A DNA stretch of 64,000 nt from Eledone cirrhosa. Taxonomy: Eukaryota. Of this stretch, positions 42,321 through 54,665 are shown piece after piece; position 1 is the stretch's first letter, and the number at the start of each line of letters is the position of its first letter. A program made the translations under genes and the position numbers. The DNA is taken from positions 38,812,001 through 38,876,000 of the forward strand of contig OZ024741.1 of the NCBI GenBank assembly GCA_964016885.1, read 5' to 3'. The notes under the pieces are model-generated. The model was not told the DNA's origin. It worked only from the letters and a program-made list of their open reading frames with translations, and did not search any database.

Positions 42321-42755
42321 TATATAAGATTGGATATGCGACACACCGCTACGGTTTTGATTGTTCAATTCCAATACCGGGGTTAATATATGAGTAAATG
42401 AATAAATTGGGTATAATACCAGTTTTTTACCAAATGCGAAGTAGCTCGATATATTAACCCCTTAAGAAAGGGCGCAGGGCATAATATTTTGGGCGGGGCA
42501 TGTCCTTCTGAGGGCGGGGCATGTCCTGCTCCCTCCAATAATTATATTTTCTCTCCAAACTACCAAAACACACATCTATTTGGATAGGCACTACAGTTTA
42601 TGGACAAGTTATGTTTATCGCATATGGAAGAGTGCAAATGCTAAACTAATCACTACAACTAAATTCTCCAAATTTAGCCCCACCCCACCCCACCCCACCC
42701 CAATTCAGAAACGCTTCGCCGGCTCTGAATATATATTTAATTGACATTATTTTTC

Positions 42756-42927
42756 TGGCAGTATCGGTAGAGGGTCATGCTTTCCAGCATAGTTACGTCC
42801 CTTTACGATCTGAGTTCAAATCCCGCCGAGGTTGACTTTGCCTTTCATCCTTACGGGGTCGATAAAATAAAGTACCAGTAATGTACTGGTTAATTGCTGG
42901 CCTTGTGCCTAAAGTAGAAGCAATTAT
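42756..42927 (+). mobile_element. Major SINE copy
   Basis: A/B boxes and body. Confidence 0.85.
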
Positions 42928-43035
42928 TTTTCTTCACAAAACTTTCTTGTGACCAGCCCGTTTTGAGCAAAAAAGGCATTTTTGTAGTGATACATGTAAT
43001 ATATATAGATTACACACACGCACACACACACATGC

Positions 43036-43090
<55 letters not shown>

Positions 43091-43111
43091 CACACACATA
43101 CATACAATCAT

Positions 43112-43190
<79 letters not shown>

Positions 43191-43404
43191 TATATATTAT
43201 ACGTACAGATTAAAGTTTAAGCAAAGAATCGTTGCTTTCACTATTTTACGGGATCTTCAGAAGAGAGAGAGAGAGAGAGATAATATATATATATATACAT
43301 ATAATAATGATTTCTTTATTTAATGATGATTTAATAATGAAGCATAAGTCAACAGGTTATAATTTACTTCATTTATTCATAATCACTCTTATATAACTAA
43401 CACA

Positions 43405-43485
<81 letters not shown>

Positions 43486-44029
43486 GTTTATGTATTTGTT
43501 CTATTGGCAATATTGGCAACAAAGTTAACGACTGAAACAGAACAGAAGGAAAATAAGACAAACAACAAAACGTTACATACCTTAAATTACACGGAGATAT
43601 GACAAACCAGAAAACATGCACATACAGAGAGACGCAATAGCATGTACAGACACGAAACCCAAGAAAAAAAACCGCATTACAAAACAAAGATAAGGTGGAG
43701 TAGAAGTTTAAGACCAGGAAAAAATGTAGGCACAAAACCGTTATTCATCGAGGAGGTCACAGAATGTGTAACGAAAGAACTTTGACAAACAAATGAATAA
43801 CGAACAATAAAGATAAAATGAAAATTATATGGTGCTTTTCTTTCTTTTGGCAATATTGGCAACATTACCATCCTCAAATATAACAATATATACCAATATA
43901 TAGCAATATACGCATATATACAGAGAGAGAGAGAGAGAGAAAGAGATATGGGGTGCGGGGAGACAGAGAGAGTGAGTTACGCAAGCACAAACACACATTG
44001 ATTCAGGTGATATATTTATGTGTACACAT

Positions 44030-44128
<99 letters not shown>

Positions 44129-44687
44129 AATATGTATATACATATATATATATATGGCTGTGTGTGTGCGTTCACACATACACACTTATATGCAGGCATA
44201 TGTGTCTGTGTGTGTGTATTTGTGCATATGAGGTAGTGGGTGTGTCGGAATATACGTGATAGTATGTGTGTATAAATACGCATATATGTTATGTTTGCGG
44301 TGGTGTGCGTGAGTCGGGTATCAAGATGGTGGTAATGATGTCACAGGCTGTAGTGGGGGACATGGAGTTGCCATTGTTATTTTACAATTTACTCTAGTCT
44401 CATAACTAATTAATACAACATCCTCATATCCAACCCCGCCACGCCCCATATCCCCACGTCTCTCTCACACGTCTCCACATCCTCACCCCTCATATAATCA
44501 CTCACGTTAGAGAATAATTTGGTAATTTCTTTAAACAAACATCCCTTTCCATTGTCAACATTGCCAACATGGCCCCTGCTGCTGGTGCTGACACTGTGCG
44601 ACACTGCAATATATAAACAGAACATGAATATACAAACACACGACGCATATGTGTATATATATATATATATCTGCGTATATATCTACA

Positions 44688-44779
<92 letters not shown>

Positions 44780-44783
<4 letters not shown>

Positions 44784-44993
44784 AACGAGTAGGACCCCGA
44801 GGGCTGAGCTCAAGCCGTTTCGACGGCTAATTCTGGACTAAATGAAAATGTTTATCCTGGTATATGAATAGCCGAGCTTCTCTTGAGCTCAGCCGTCGGG
44901 GTCCTACTCGTTCCTATTACCCACTCTACTACCCTAAGTATTGAGTACTTTGGTGCGTTATGGTCCACCTGGTTCTTTACCACATTTCCTTCG

Positions 44994-44995
<2 letters not shown>
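44780..44995 (+). mobile_element. Fold-back element, family of 39546
   Basis: Sequence homology; (TA)n flanks. Confidence 0.75.
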
Positions 44996-45049
<54 letters not shown>

Positions 45050-45068
45050 GGGTCTCTCTCTCTCTCTC

Positions 45069-45123
<55 letters not shown>

Positions 45124-45243
45124 TTGGGGAGGGTCATATTGTAATATTGCCAGAACTAAGAGAATTTTTGCTCAAACAAAAATACCCAACAACTTAGGAC
45201 AACCCAGGGAAGAAGAAACCAAGAACTGGTCATACCATTTATA

Positions 45244-45828
45244 ATGACATACAACCCATGTCACCAGAATATCTTCAACACTGCCAAGGCAAACCTACCG
45301 ATCATTGCTCAAAGTAATGAATTAAAAGGCTTAATCACAGATCGATCTTTGACTCTTAGTAAAAGACAGCCTAAAAATTTGAAGCAATTACCAACAAAAG
45401 CAAAATTTGACCTTAACAACAAAGACCAATCATTCACTGTATCTAAGTGCAATGATAGTCGATGTGGCACATGTCAATCCATACACGCCGGTCAATATAT
45501 GAAAACAAAAACTGGAAAAATATTCCCAAAACCAAATATGAACTGCAAAAGCAGAAATCTAATTTACTGCATTAAATGCCCGAATTGTGAAGAACTATAT
45601 GTCGGTCAAACTGGAAATGCACTATCGGAACGTGCACGGGTACACCGTCAACAAATCAGAGGCCCAAATCTCCTTCAGATACCCCTAAGTAACCATCTAG
45701 CAACATGTGGTCAGGGAATATTTATAATATTCCCATTCTACAAATTACACAGCCCAAGTGAAATCAAGAGAAAAATCAAAGAAAAGAATTGTATTGATAA
45801 ATTCAAACCCAAGCTAAATGAGCAATAA
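45244..45828 (+). pseudogene. PLE Cys-rich linker plus GIY-YIG endonuclease
   Basis: KCNDSRCGTC, NCKSRNLIYCIKCPNCEELYVGQTG, R..H, E..I...LN. Confidence 0.9.
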
Positions 45829-46030
45829 TAATGGAGTATTAATCATACTATGACTATGACTAAGACCACTAACAACAACAATAACAACAATAACAATAAA
45901 AGTGATGTTGATGGTGATGATTACTAGAAAATGCTATTTTCATCATTTCTGAAAATAGCAAAACAATTGATGCTTTGGATAGGGTCAATTAGTAGTCGTT
46001 AGACATGCCCAACCAACCGTGACGCCTAAA

Positions 46031-46129
46031 CCAATCAGCTTTAGTAATCCAGTGAAACTACACACCGATTGGTCGAAATACAGTTTGCAAGATTTAGGAT
46101 TCTGGAGCCACTTTTCACTGTATATAAGG
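46031..46129 (+). promoter_or_regulatory. Putative pLTR Pol II promoter (CCAAT, ATTGG, TATATAA)
   Basis: CCAAT at 46031, ATTGG at ~46068, TATATAAGG at 46121, about 70 nt upstream of the HHR. Confidence 0.45.
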
Positions 46130-46190
46130 CACAAAATTTACCCATCTCATTACAGTTGAAAATTGCAAACTTCACTGTCACCAGACAAAA

Positions 46191-46229
46191 TGAACCTGAA
46201 GATTGCGAAAGCATGAAAGTACTTGTTCA
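46191..46229 (+). ncRNA. Minimal type-I hammerhead
   Basis: TGAAC-CTGAAGA-TTGC(GAAA)GCAT-GAAA-GTAC-TT-GTTCA. Confidence 0.8.
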
Positions 46230-46476
46230 ATTAACACTTAACATTTAATATTCTACCATAATATTTCATTCTAATACCATTCTAATAGCATTGTGTGTGT
46301 TGTCTGAAGAGATCACAGAATGTGTGACGAAAGAACTTTGATAATATATGAACAATCGTCTGGTTGTGGAACCAACCAACCAACCGGAAATTTATAAATT
46401 TAATTTATAATAAATTGATGTGAAAGCATGGTGCGTGTGTTTCTTATTGGCAACATGACCCTCCCAAAGTATAACA

Positions 46477-46554
<78 letters not shown>

Positions 46555-46666
46555 TAAAATAACAGATTAAAGTTTAAGCAAAGAATCGCTGCTTTCACCC
46601 TTAACGGGATCTTCTGAAACTAACAAAGTCAATCTGTAAACGCAGAAGTGGATATTTCAAAAAACG

Positions 46667-47515
46667 TTGCAACCGGTAAGAAACGTTTCGTTGAGGCTTT
46701 CCCGTCTTTCCACCAACGAGCGTATTTTCAACGACCATTCCACTTATTACAATGAAGATCTTGCTCGAAGTGGATTTGTCGATAAGGTAGCATATACAGA
46801 GTACGAAAATAGACCTAGAAGAAATAGATCCCGTCGCATTTGTTGGTATAACCCACCATATAATATGGAGGTGGCCACACCATTAGCTAAGATCTTTCTT
46901 TCCCTTATTACGAAGCATTTCCCCCCTACACATAAATATAGTAAAATTTTTAATAGAAATACTATTAAAATCTCTTACTCTACGACTCCTAACCTTGCAC
47001 ATAACATCACAGCTTCAAATTTAGCTAAACTACCTAGCCGTAGGAACACGTGCAACCCTGTAGTTAGTACTAACTGTAATTGTAGGAATCGGGTTGATTG
47101 CCCCCTATCCGGGAAATGCCTCTCTAGTAACATTGTCTACAAATGTAAGGTTATAACACCCACGACCCGTAGGGCCTACATAGGGTTAACCGCCAATAGA
47201 TTCAAGCAGCGTCTTTACCTGCATACCCATTCTTTTCGTTACCCTCTAAGAAGGAATATGACGTCACTTTCAGCTTATATCTGGAGTCTAAAAGACAACC
47301 ACACCCAATATAAGTTACACTGGGAGATCCTAGCTAGGGCTAGGTCGTATAACGGAAATAAAAGACCTTGTGACCTCTGCGCCGCTGAGGCCCTGGAAAT
47401 ACTCTACGCCACAGACCACATCTTAAACAAAAAATCTGAGGCAATTTCGGCTTGTAAACATAAATTGCACAAACGTTTCCTGTATTACAGCCCCAAGTTA
47501 TACCCTAATGGATAG
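46667..47515 (+). pseudogene. PLE thumb/linker plus GIY-YIG endonuclease (open, 5'-truncated)
   Basis: WYNPPY, KIFNRNTIKISYS, CNCRNRVDCPLSGKC, IVY..YIG, FKQR..H, CDLC..E. Confidence 0.9.
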
Positions 47516-47693
47516 TACGATCTATACGTGGATATTTTACGTCTTGATGTGGGAGCTAAGTATATGTTTTCTTTATACCATTACTTATTTGCATAGCGAA
47601 CGTTTCCACGAACCAAAATATTGTCTTCCTGTCTTCCTCCGGTTGCAAGGTTTTTTGAAATATCCACTTCTGCGTTTACAGATTGACTTTGTT

Positions 47694-47744
47694 AGTTTCA
47701 GAAGATCCCGTTAAGGGTGAAAGCAGCGATTCTTTGCTTAAACT
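47694..47744 (+). ncRNA. Hammerhead ribozyme, CAGAAGA (A4) core variant
   Basis: AGTTT-CAGAAGA-TCCC(GTTAA)GGGT-GAAA-GCAG..TTGC-TT-AAACT; identical at 46571-46621 (-), 48596-48646 (+) and 39245-39294 (-). Confidence 0.7.
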
Positions 47745-47865
47745 TTAATCTGTTATTTTAATAAATATTTGCTCTACGGTTCTTATATATTTGATATATA
47801 TTTATCCTTATCGAGCCCTCTTTGGATTTTAGTCTTGAAATTTATTATTATTAATATATATATAT

Positions 47866-48669
47866 ATACGGGAGTTTTGCGTGTGCGTGAGTATGCAGGT
47901 TCGTACGTATGGTGGGTGTGTGTATATGTGTACTTCTTGTTTTAATTGACTTACGTCTCCGAACATTCGTGTATTTATTTGCAGGTATGTGTGTGCGCTT
48001 GTTATATACGTATTTATTTACTTATATACGTTTATATATTATTTATTTATTTGTACACAAGCATACACACACACACATATTTATATGTGCCTGGTTTTGT
48101 ATACCTATGGTAAGGTTTTGCGTATGCTTGTGTATGTACGTATCTGTTTGCGTGTATGTATTTATTTGTTTCTATTACTTCTGTATTGTATTTATTTACT
48201 TTGTTCTTAACTCTGTAGCGGAGATTCATTTGGTCTCCTAGTTAGAATTTTAGTCTACAACTTCTGCTATACCATTTACGTGGTTTTGTCTTTGCGTGCT
48301 ATTGTTATCCACGCTCCACATATGAGTTATTATCTTCGTTTTTTCGTTCATTGCCAGAGAACGTCTCTATGCACCACCTAAGAGAACATTAGTCTACGAC
48401 CTCTTTTATACCATAAACGTGGTTCTGTCTTTGCGCGTAATTGTTTTTCACCACTCCTATTAATGACGTATTATTCGTTTTTTCCCGTTCTTTACCAGCG
48501 AACGTTTCCACGAACCAAAGTATCGTCTTCCTGTCTTCCTCCGGTTGCAACGTTTTTTGAAATATCCAGTTCTGCGTTTACAGATTGACTTTGTTAGTTT
48601 CAGAAGATCCCGTTAAGGGTGAAAGCAGCGATTCTTTGCTTAAACTTTAAACTTTAATCTGTTATTTTA

Positions 48670-48680
<11 letters not shown>
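47866..48680 (+). mobile_element. Second 3' UTR/pLTR copy of the same Naiad family, with a ~140-bp internal duplication
   Basis: 48498-48675 matches 47596-47766; TTAGTCTAC..TATACCAT..ACGTGG occurs at ~48250 and ~48389. Confidence 0.75.
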
Positions 48681-48719
<39 letters not shown>

Positions 48720-48738
48720 ATATGTATGTATATATATA

Positions 48739-48842
<104 letters not shown>

Positions 48843-48940
48843 CATATATATATATATATTTATATATATATATATATGTATGTATATATATATTCATATG
48901 TATCCATATATATATATATTTATATATATATACATATATA

Positions 48941-49133
48941 TAGGAAAGTGTATGACCCCGACGGCAGAGCTCAAGCCGATTTGACGGCAATTTCTGGACT
49001 GAAATAGCCGTCGAAACGGCTTGAGCTCTGCCGTCGGTGTCATACATTTTACTATTACCCACTCTACTACCCTAGGTATTGAGTACTCTAGTACGTTATG
49101 GTCCATCTTGTTCTTTACCACAACTCCTTCGTT
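48941..49133 (+). mobile_element. Fold-back element, diverged member of the 39546 family
   Basis: ATGACC.CGACGGCAGAGCTCAAGCCG...CGGCTTGAGCTCTGCCGTCG plus the homologous tail. Confidence 0.75.
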
Positions 49134-49431
49134 ATCTGTATATATATAAAGACCAAGTTTACTGTATGTGTGTGTGTGGACAATTTTTAATTGTGGCTCA
49201 TATATTCTAAACCATTCATGCGATTTCTTTGAAATTTTTTACAGAGCTTCTCCTTGCACAAAACCTGTACATGTGTAATAAAGCAGTATTCATTTGTCGA
49301 GGCTGCATTGTGTGAGATCCAAGACACCATAGTGAAAACTGAGGCAACCAAGACACCATAGTGAAAAACCAATATATGGAACATTATATTATGTAACATT
49401 CTCTCATTATTTTAATTTATATTCCTTTGAA

Positions 49432-49551
49432 GTTCCGATGAGCCGCTCTGTCTTTTAAATATGTTAATTATTTTCAACTGAACCAGTTCAATTATGATAT
49501 ATAGTCATCTGATCCAGAAATATTATATGGAGTAGCGAAACAATTGTAAAC
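49432..49551 (+). ncRNA. Hammerhead candidate, CCGAUGA (C4) core with long stem II
   Basis: GTT-CCGATGA-GCCGCTCTGT..ATGGAGTAGC-GAAA-CAATTG-TA-AAC. Confidence 0.55.
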
Positions 49552-49582
49552 GGATATTATTATTATTAATATTGTTAATATA

Positions 49583-49775
49583 AGGGCGGTGAATTGGCAG
49601 TATCGGTAGAGGGTTGGACGCCATGCTTTCTAGCATAGTTACGTCCCTTTACAGTCTGAGTTAAAATCCCGCCGAGGTTAACTTTGCCTTTCATCCTTAC
49701 GGGGTCGATAAAATAAAGTACCTGTAATGTACTGGGTAATTGCTGGCCTTGTGCCTAAAGTAGAAACAATTATTA
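49583..49775 (+). mobile_element. Full-length major SINE copy with (ATT)n tail
   Basis: GGGCGGTGAATTGGCAGTATCGG...GAAACAATTATTATT. Confidence 0.9.
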
Positions 49776-49782
49776 TTATTAA

Positions 49783-49814
<32 letters not shown>

Positions 49815-50092
49815 TCTACATTCCTTACATCAAACTAAAATATGTTGACAATCTTTTAATAATGTCTTCCTTGTGAAATTTGTGGTCTTGTTTTGCTTAA
49901 CTACTGAATATTTCCAGCTCTGCGCACCTAATTTCTGCATGAACCCAGCCACCTAGCTGCTTTCTACTGCATATTGCACATTGAGCACATGCCTTTACGC
50001 TTTGGCTTCTAACTAATTCACCAATCTCTCCTCTCATATCTCCTCTCCTATCTCCACTCCATCTCTCTCTTTAAGATTGGTTACTCTTGAAC

Positions 50093-50157
<65 letters not shown>

Positions 50158-50261
50158 ATATATACATATATATATAGAGAGAGAGACAGAGAGAGAGACA
50201 GAGAGAGAATAGAAAAACGAGGAAATTTCGTTTACATCTAAAAAATATTTATTGCGTATCG

Positions 50262-50346
50262 ACCTGTTACACGCATTTCGCAGACGATTGGCTCAATGTC
50301 AGCCATAGGAGTTATGGACCAATATCGATCTGCTCCTCAGACTGAT
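50262..50346 (-). ncRNA. Hammerhead candidate with branched stem II
   Basis: CAGU-CUGAGGA-GCAGA..AUUGG..CCAAU..UCUGC-GAAA-UGCGUG-UA-ACAG. Confidence 0.6.
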
Positions 50347-50390
50347 GATGCGACAAAAGATATATTTTCGTTGTGGCATGTGGACCGTGA

Positions 50391-50457
<67 letters not shown>

Positions 50458-50689
50458 ATGTATGTATACACACAGACATATACATAAAAGTAAATATATA
50501 CATGCATACACACACGTGTGCACACATACATTTACACTTTAATACAAGTCCATTCATACGCACATAAAAAGAGCCACATGCACTCCCACATGCTTACACA
50601 CTCACACGTATATATACACACGTACGCACACACATACGTACTCATACACACACACATATGTATATATATATACGTACATGCACACATAT

Positions 50690-51085
50690 ATATATATGTA
50701 CGTATGGGTTTACCGAACATTTATTATAATGCTCAGATTGTTATAATGCCCGAATTAAGTCGTACAGTGTTTAGCAACCATCGTTTCCCTTTTGTTCAAC
50801 ACTAACAAAGGAACGATGTACTAGTTTCAAGCTTATTAGCTATCGTCAGCATCGTATACCTTCCTGCCAGATGATTGAACGTCTGAAAGTATATACTTTC
50901 CATATGTATATTAACGGCTGAGCAGCCTAATTTGCATATCGAGTGAGTTAGTCGGCCGGGCGCAGCCGTTAATATGCATAAGGAAAGTATATACTGTACG
51001 TCTGTATACATATATGTATGTACGTATACATACTTCAAGTAACAGCCGTACTAAGAGTGAGAAATGAAATTTCGTTTCATTTTTT
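50690..51085 (-). mobile_element. Older, rearranged solo copy of the ~500-bp retrozyme-like unit
   Basis: Inverted segment 50690-50962 plus direct segments 50963-51080. Confidence 0.8.
50813..50855 (-). ncRNA. Minimal type-I hammerhead (diverged unit)
   Basis: ACGAUG-CUGACGA-UAGCU(AAUA)AGCUU-GAAA-CUAG-UA-CAUCGU. Confidence 0.85.
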
Positions 51086-51090
51086 CCATT

Positions 51091-51124
<34 letters not shown>

Positions 51125-51635
51125 TAAATAGCTTATGTTAATTTTAACCCTTTTGTTGAGAACTCTATTCGATTTGTGATGTTTTTGCATTCTTGCAAAA
51201 ATATACACAACTGAATTTATTCGCCTGATATAGGGGCTGCCTCTTTTGCCGATCCCCACGTGGCGTCAGCAATAGTCAGTCCTTGTATTAACATTGAAGT
51301 AAAACCTGTTGAGAAAGTGGCTTCCTTGTTCAATCATCTTACCAGAAGCCTGACATTTTTTATATAAGCGGACGGTACTTGATTTAGGAGCCGCAGAAAC
51401 CCAAATACTGGATTTTACCAACCTTCCAGGGGTCCGGGTAAATTTTCAATACCCGAATTACTTGATCGTTTTTTTTTTTGGCTATGCGAATGATTGTTTA
51501 ACCATCGTCTCAGTGTGTTTGGCCTTTAACGTTTGTTTTAGCTCTGGTTCGTCTGAATCATTGAGCACTTGCCTCACATCTCGGGGGTTGTTTTTCGTTA
51601 TTTCGTGGGCCGAAATGCGAATCTAGATAATTTAT

Positions 51636-51695
<60 letters not shown>

Positions 51696-51699
<4 letters not shown>

Positions 51700-51881
51700 G
51701 TCTCTACTTTAGGCACAAGGCCAGCAATTATCCAGTGCATTACTGGTACTTTATTTTATCGACCGTAAGGATGAAAGGCAAAGTCAACCTCGGCGGGATT
51801 TGAACTCAGATCGTAAAGGGACGTAACTATGCTGGAATGCATGGCGTCCGACCCTCTACTGATACTGCCAATCCACCGCCC
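51696..51881 (-). mobile_element. Major SINE copy
   Basis: Homology to the other copies. Confidence 0.85.
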
Positions 51882-52611
51882 TATATATATATATATATAA
51901 TATACGCAGATACATTGTAGGTCGCTTTAACCCGTCTTTTATTATTCAAAAAACTTCTTGCCAATAAACATTAATCCTTTGTGCGCCATTCATCTAACTG
52001 TAGACCAACAAATACTAAGTAAACGGAGCGTTGACAAGAACAATGGCGAATGAATCTTGGAGGTAAGCAGTTTCCTCCCGAGCTGTTAGTTCACGTGGGA
52101 TTCTCTGCTACACCTTTTCGTAATAATACCAAACAACGTACTGCTGGTCACTCCTTCCTCCAAAAGCCGTAGAAAGTGGACATGTGCATCAGGCAGATGG
52201 TTCGGGTGCAAATCTACACCAAGCCTATGCGAGAAATTCGCAAGGGACTGCGCCGAGAGGGATAGAAAGAAAGAGTAATTTAGTGGAAAGAGTGCGAATG
52301 AACTTTTGAGGTAAGTAGCCTACGCCTTATTGCTATGACACTGGAACCTTCTGCCAACTTAACCTCTTTCACATTTACTGCAATAGGCCAAAACAGAGGA
52401 GTATGAAAAGAAGGGGCTCAATAATATTTCTATGAATAATGCACATAGACAGCTAAACTGTACTTTCAACTTCTTAATTTTCTCCAAATAAAACAAGTTT
52501 CGTGTCGGTATATTTTCGTGAGTTTTTAACAGGCACTCACAAATAAACGTTTCTCATTGGAGGTGCTATTACCAATGTTCTTACCCGTGCAACGCTGGGA
52601 TACACTGCTAG
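51881..52611 (+). mobile_element. Probable non-autonomous Helitron
   Basis: 3' hairpin CCCGTGCAACGCTGGG then CTAG|T at 52584-52612; a CTATATATA..AA start is only suggestive. Confidence 0.5.
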
Positions 52612-52689
52612 TATAATATATATATATATATATATACACACACATACCACATATATATACATACATCAAACACATATATACATATTATA

Positions 52690-52777
<88 letters not shown>

Positions 52778-53415
52778 AATATGTTAAAACAATGAAATAA
52801 AAATTCAAGTCATTAGAAATATACTTCACTGCTTTACGATCGTTTCTAGGTGATAATAATACATCGTACGCATATTTCGTTATCGATCTATGTAGGGTTA
52901 GTTACAAAATATCAAATAAGGAATATATTACCTACATGTATATCATCATTCAAAATCAAAAGTAAATTGAGTTCTATGACCTTATTTGGAGGTAGCTGAA
53001 GAACAAACCAATCAAATGGTTTTTTGCCATATGATGTTAAGATGAAATATAACTCACTTTAGTTGAGATCATGACCCTTTGAAAGTAATGGTTGAATGGT
53101 GCTAACAATAGAATTACTATAAAGAACCTATGAAGAAAAAGGAATTATTATATAGATAGTGGAATGTAGATGGTGGAGTGAAGTTTAAAAGGGAATGTAA
53201 AAATTATATGTTGAGTTGTGTTGTATGGAATTTTTAGATGAATATAAATAAGTAAATATAAAATATACAGAAATAACTAGGATAAATATAGATAGGTAAA
53301 GTAATGGTCATAACTAGGAAGGATAGTATATTAAAAGATGAAAATTATAAGATAATAAAATATAATAATTGTTTCTACTTTAGGCACAAGGCCAGCAATA
53401 TATAATAATATAAGA

Positions 53416-53601
53416 TAATTGTTTCTACTTTTGGCACAAGGCCACCAATTACCCAGTGTATTACTGGTACTTTATTTTATCGACCCCGTAAGGATGAAAG
53501 GCAAAGTTAACCTCGGTGGGATTTGAACTCAGAATGGCAAGGGCCGTAACTCAATGCGTCAAAGCATGGCGCCCGACCCTCTACCGATACTGCCAATCCA
53601 C
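53416..53601 (-). mobile_element. Major SINE copy
   Basis: Homology to the other copies. Confidence 0.85.
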
Positions 53602-53957
53602 ATAATATAATATAATGTAATATAATATAGTACAGTATGGTACATTGTATATAGTATAATACGGCGTATGATGCATCATAAAATATAAAATAGTAAATAT
53701 TTTCAAGTCGATCTATGTATAAGTAATCAAACTCAGATAAATGCATGTTGACATATAGTCAAAACGCATAATTCACATATGTATATATATATATATATAC
53801 ATACACACACACGCACATACACATATATATATATGTATATATATACATACATATACACACATATATATATATATATATATATCTTATACACACATACACA
53901 TACACACTAAACATAAATATATATTATACATATCTTGTACATACACATATCTATCTA

Positions 53958-54590
53958 AGGCGGGTAAAATTCCCGAGATCCATGGACGAGTTATCTCCAG
54001 CGGTCTCTGTCCTTCATTATCGCTGCCATATCCTGCATCTCCAACAGACCAGTGTCTGTCCTTAGGGCATCAACATATGTTAACCTTGGTCTTCCACTTC
54101 TAGTGTGTCCATGTAGGGGTTCCCAAAGGAGCACTGAGTGCAATGTCAACTCTGGATGTCGGTGAGCATGTCCAGCCAACCTCAGTCTCCTCTGTGTCAC
54201 TTTTGAGCTGACTTTTGGGATGCTCCCATACAGCTCTGAGTTTTTCATCCTCAGTGTATACTGATTAATGTTCAGAGCCATCCTCAGCATTCTCGTGTAG
54301 CACCCATCCACCATCTGAGTGAGTCTCAAAATATCTGGTAGAGAATGTTGAGAAGCCAGAGGGGATCACTAATGTAGGCGGGAAGCCGCTGGAATTGGTT
54401 GAGGACTTCCTGTATTTGGGAGCAAAGATTGGGAATACGGAAGATGATGTGGTTGAGAGGAAGAGCAAGGCCTGGGCGGCGTGTCACAGCTTGAGGTCGG
54501 TGTGGAAGTCGGACCTTCGTAGAGACCTGAAAATCCGCCTCTTCATTGCTGTAGTGGAGTCTGTGCTGCTGTATGGGTCTGAGACTTGGA
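53958..54590 (-). mobile_element. RTE-clade LINE 3' fragment with 5' inversion
   Basis: Minus DGCYTRMLRMAL..RRLRLAGH..LLWEP; plus VEDFLYLG..VESVLLYGSETW, which normally lies just upstream of it. Confidence 0.85.
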
Positions 54591-54665
54591 TACACATATA
54601 TACATATATATATATCTCACATACATACAAATATATATTTTCTACATACATACATATACATATAT

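Larger units (their letters stand above)
45121..46478 (+). mobile_element. 5'-truncated Neptune-type PLE with a short inverted pLTR tip
   Basis: ORF 45244-45828; 45120-45146 is an inverted copy of ~46445-46472; HHRs in the 3' region; (TA)n flanks. Confidence 0.85.
46551..47855 (+). mobile_element. 5'-truncated Naiad-type PLE with inverted pLTR
   Basis: 46551-46676 is the reverse complement of ~47640-47764; ORF 46667-47515. Confidence 0.88.

Noticed and set aside
52044-52320. First exons (ATGGCG..GAG|GTAAGC and GAG|GTAAGT)
   Set aside because: Only donor-like motifs inside a probable Helitron, with no supporting downstream exons.
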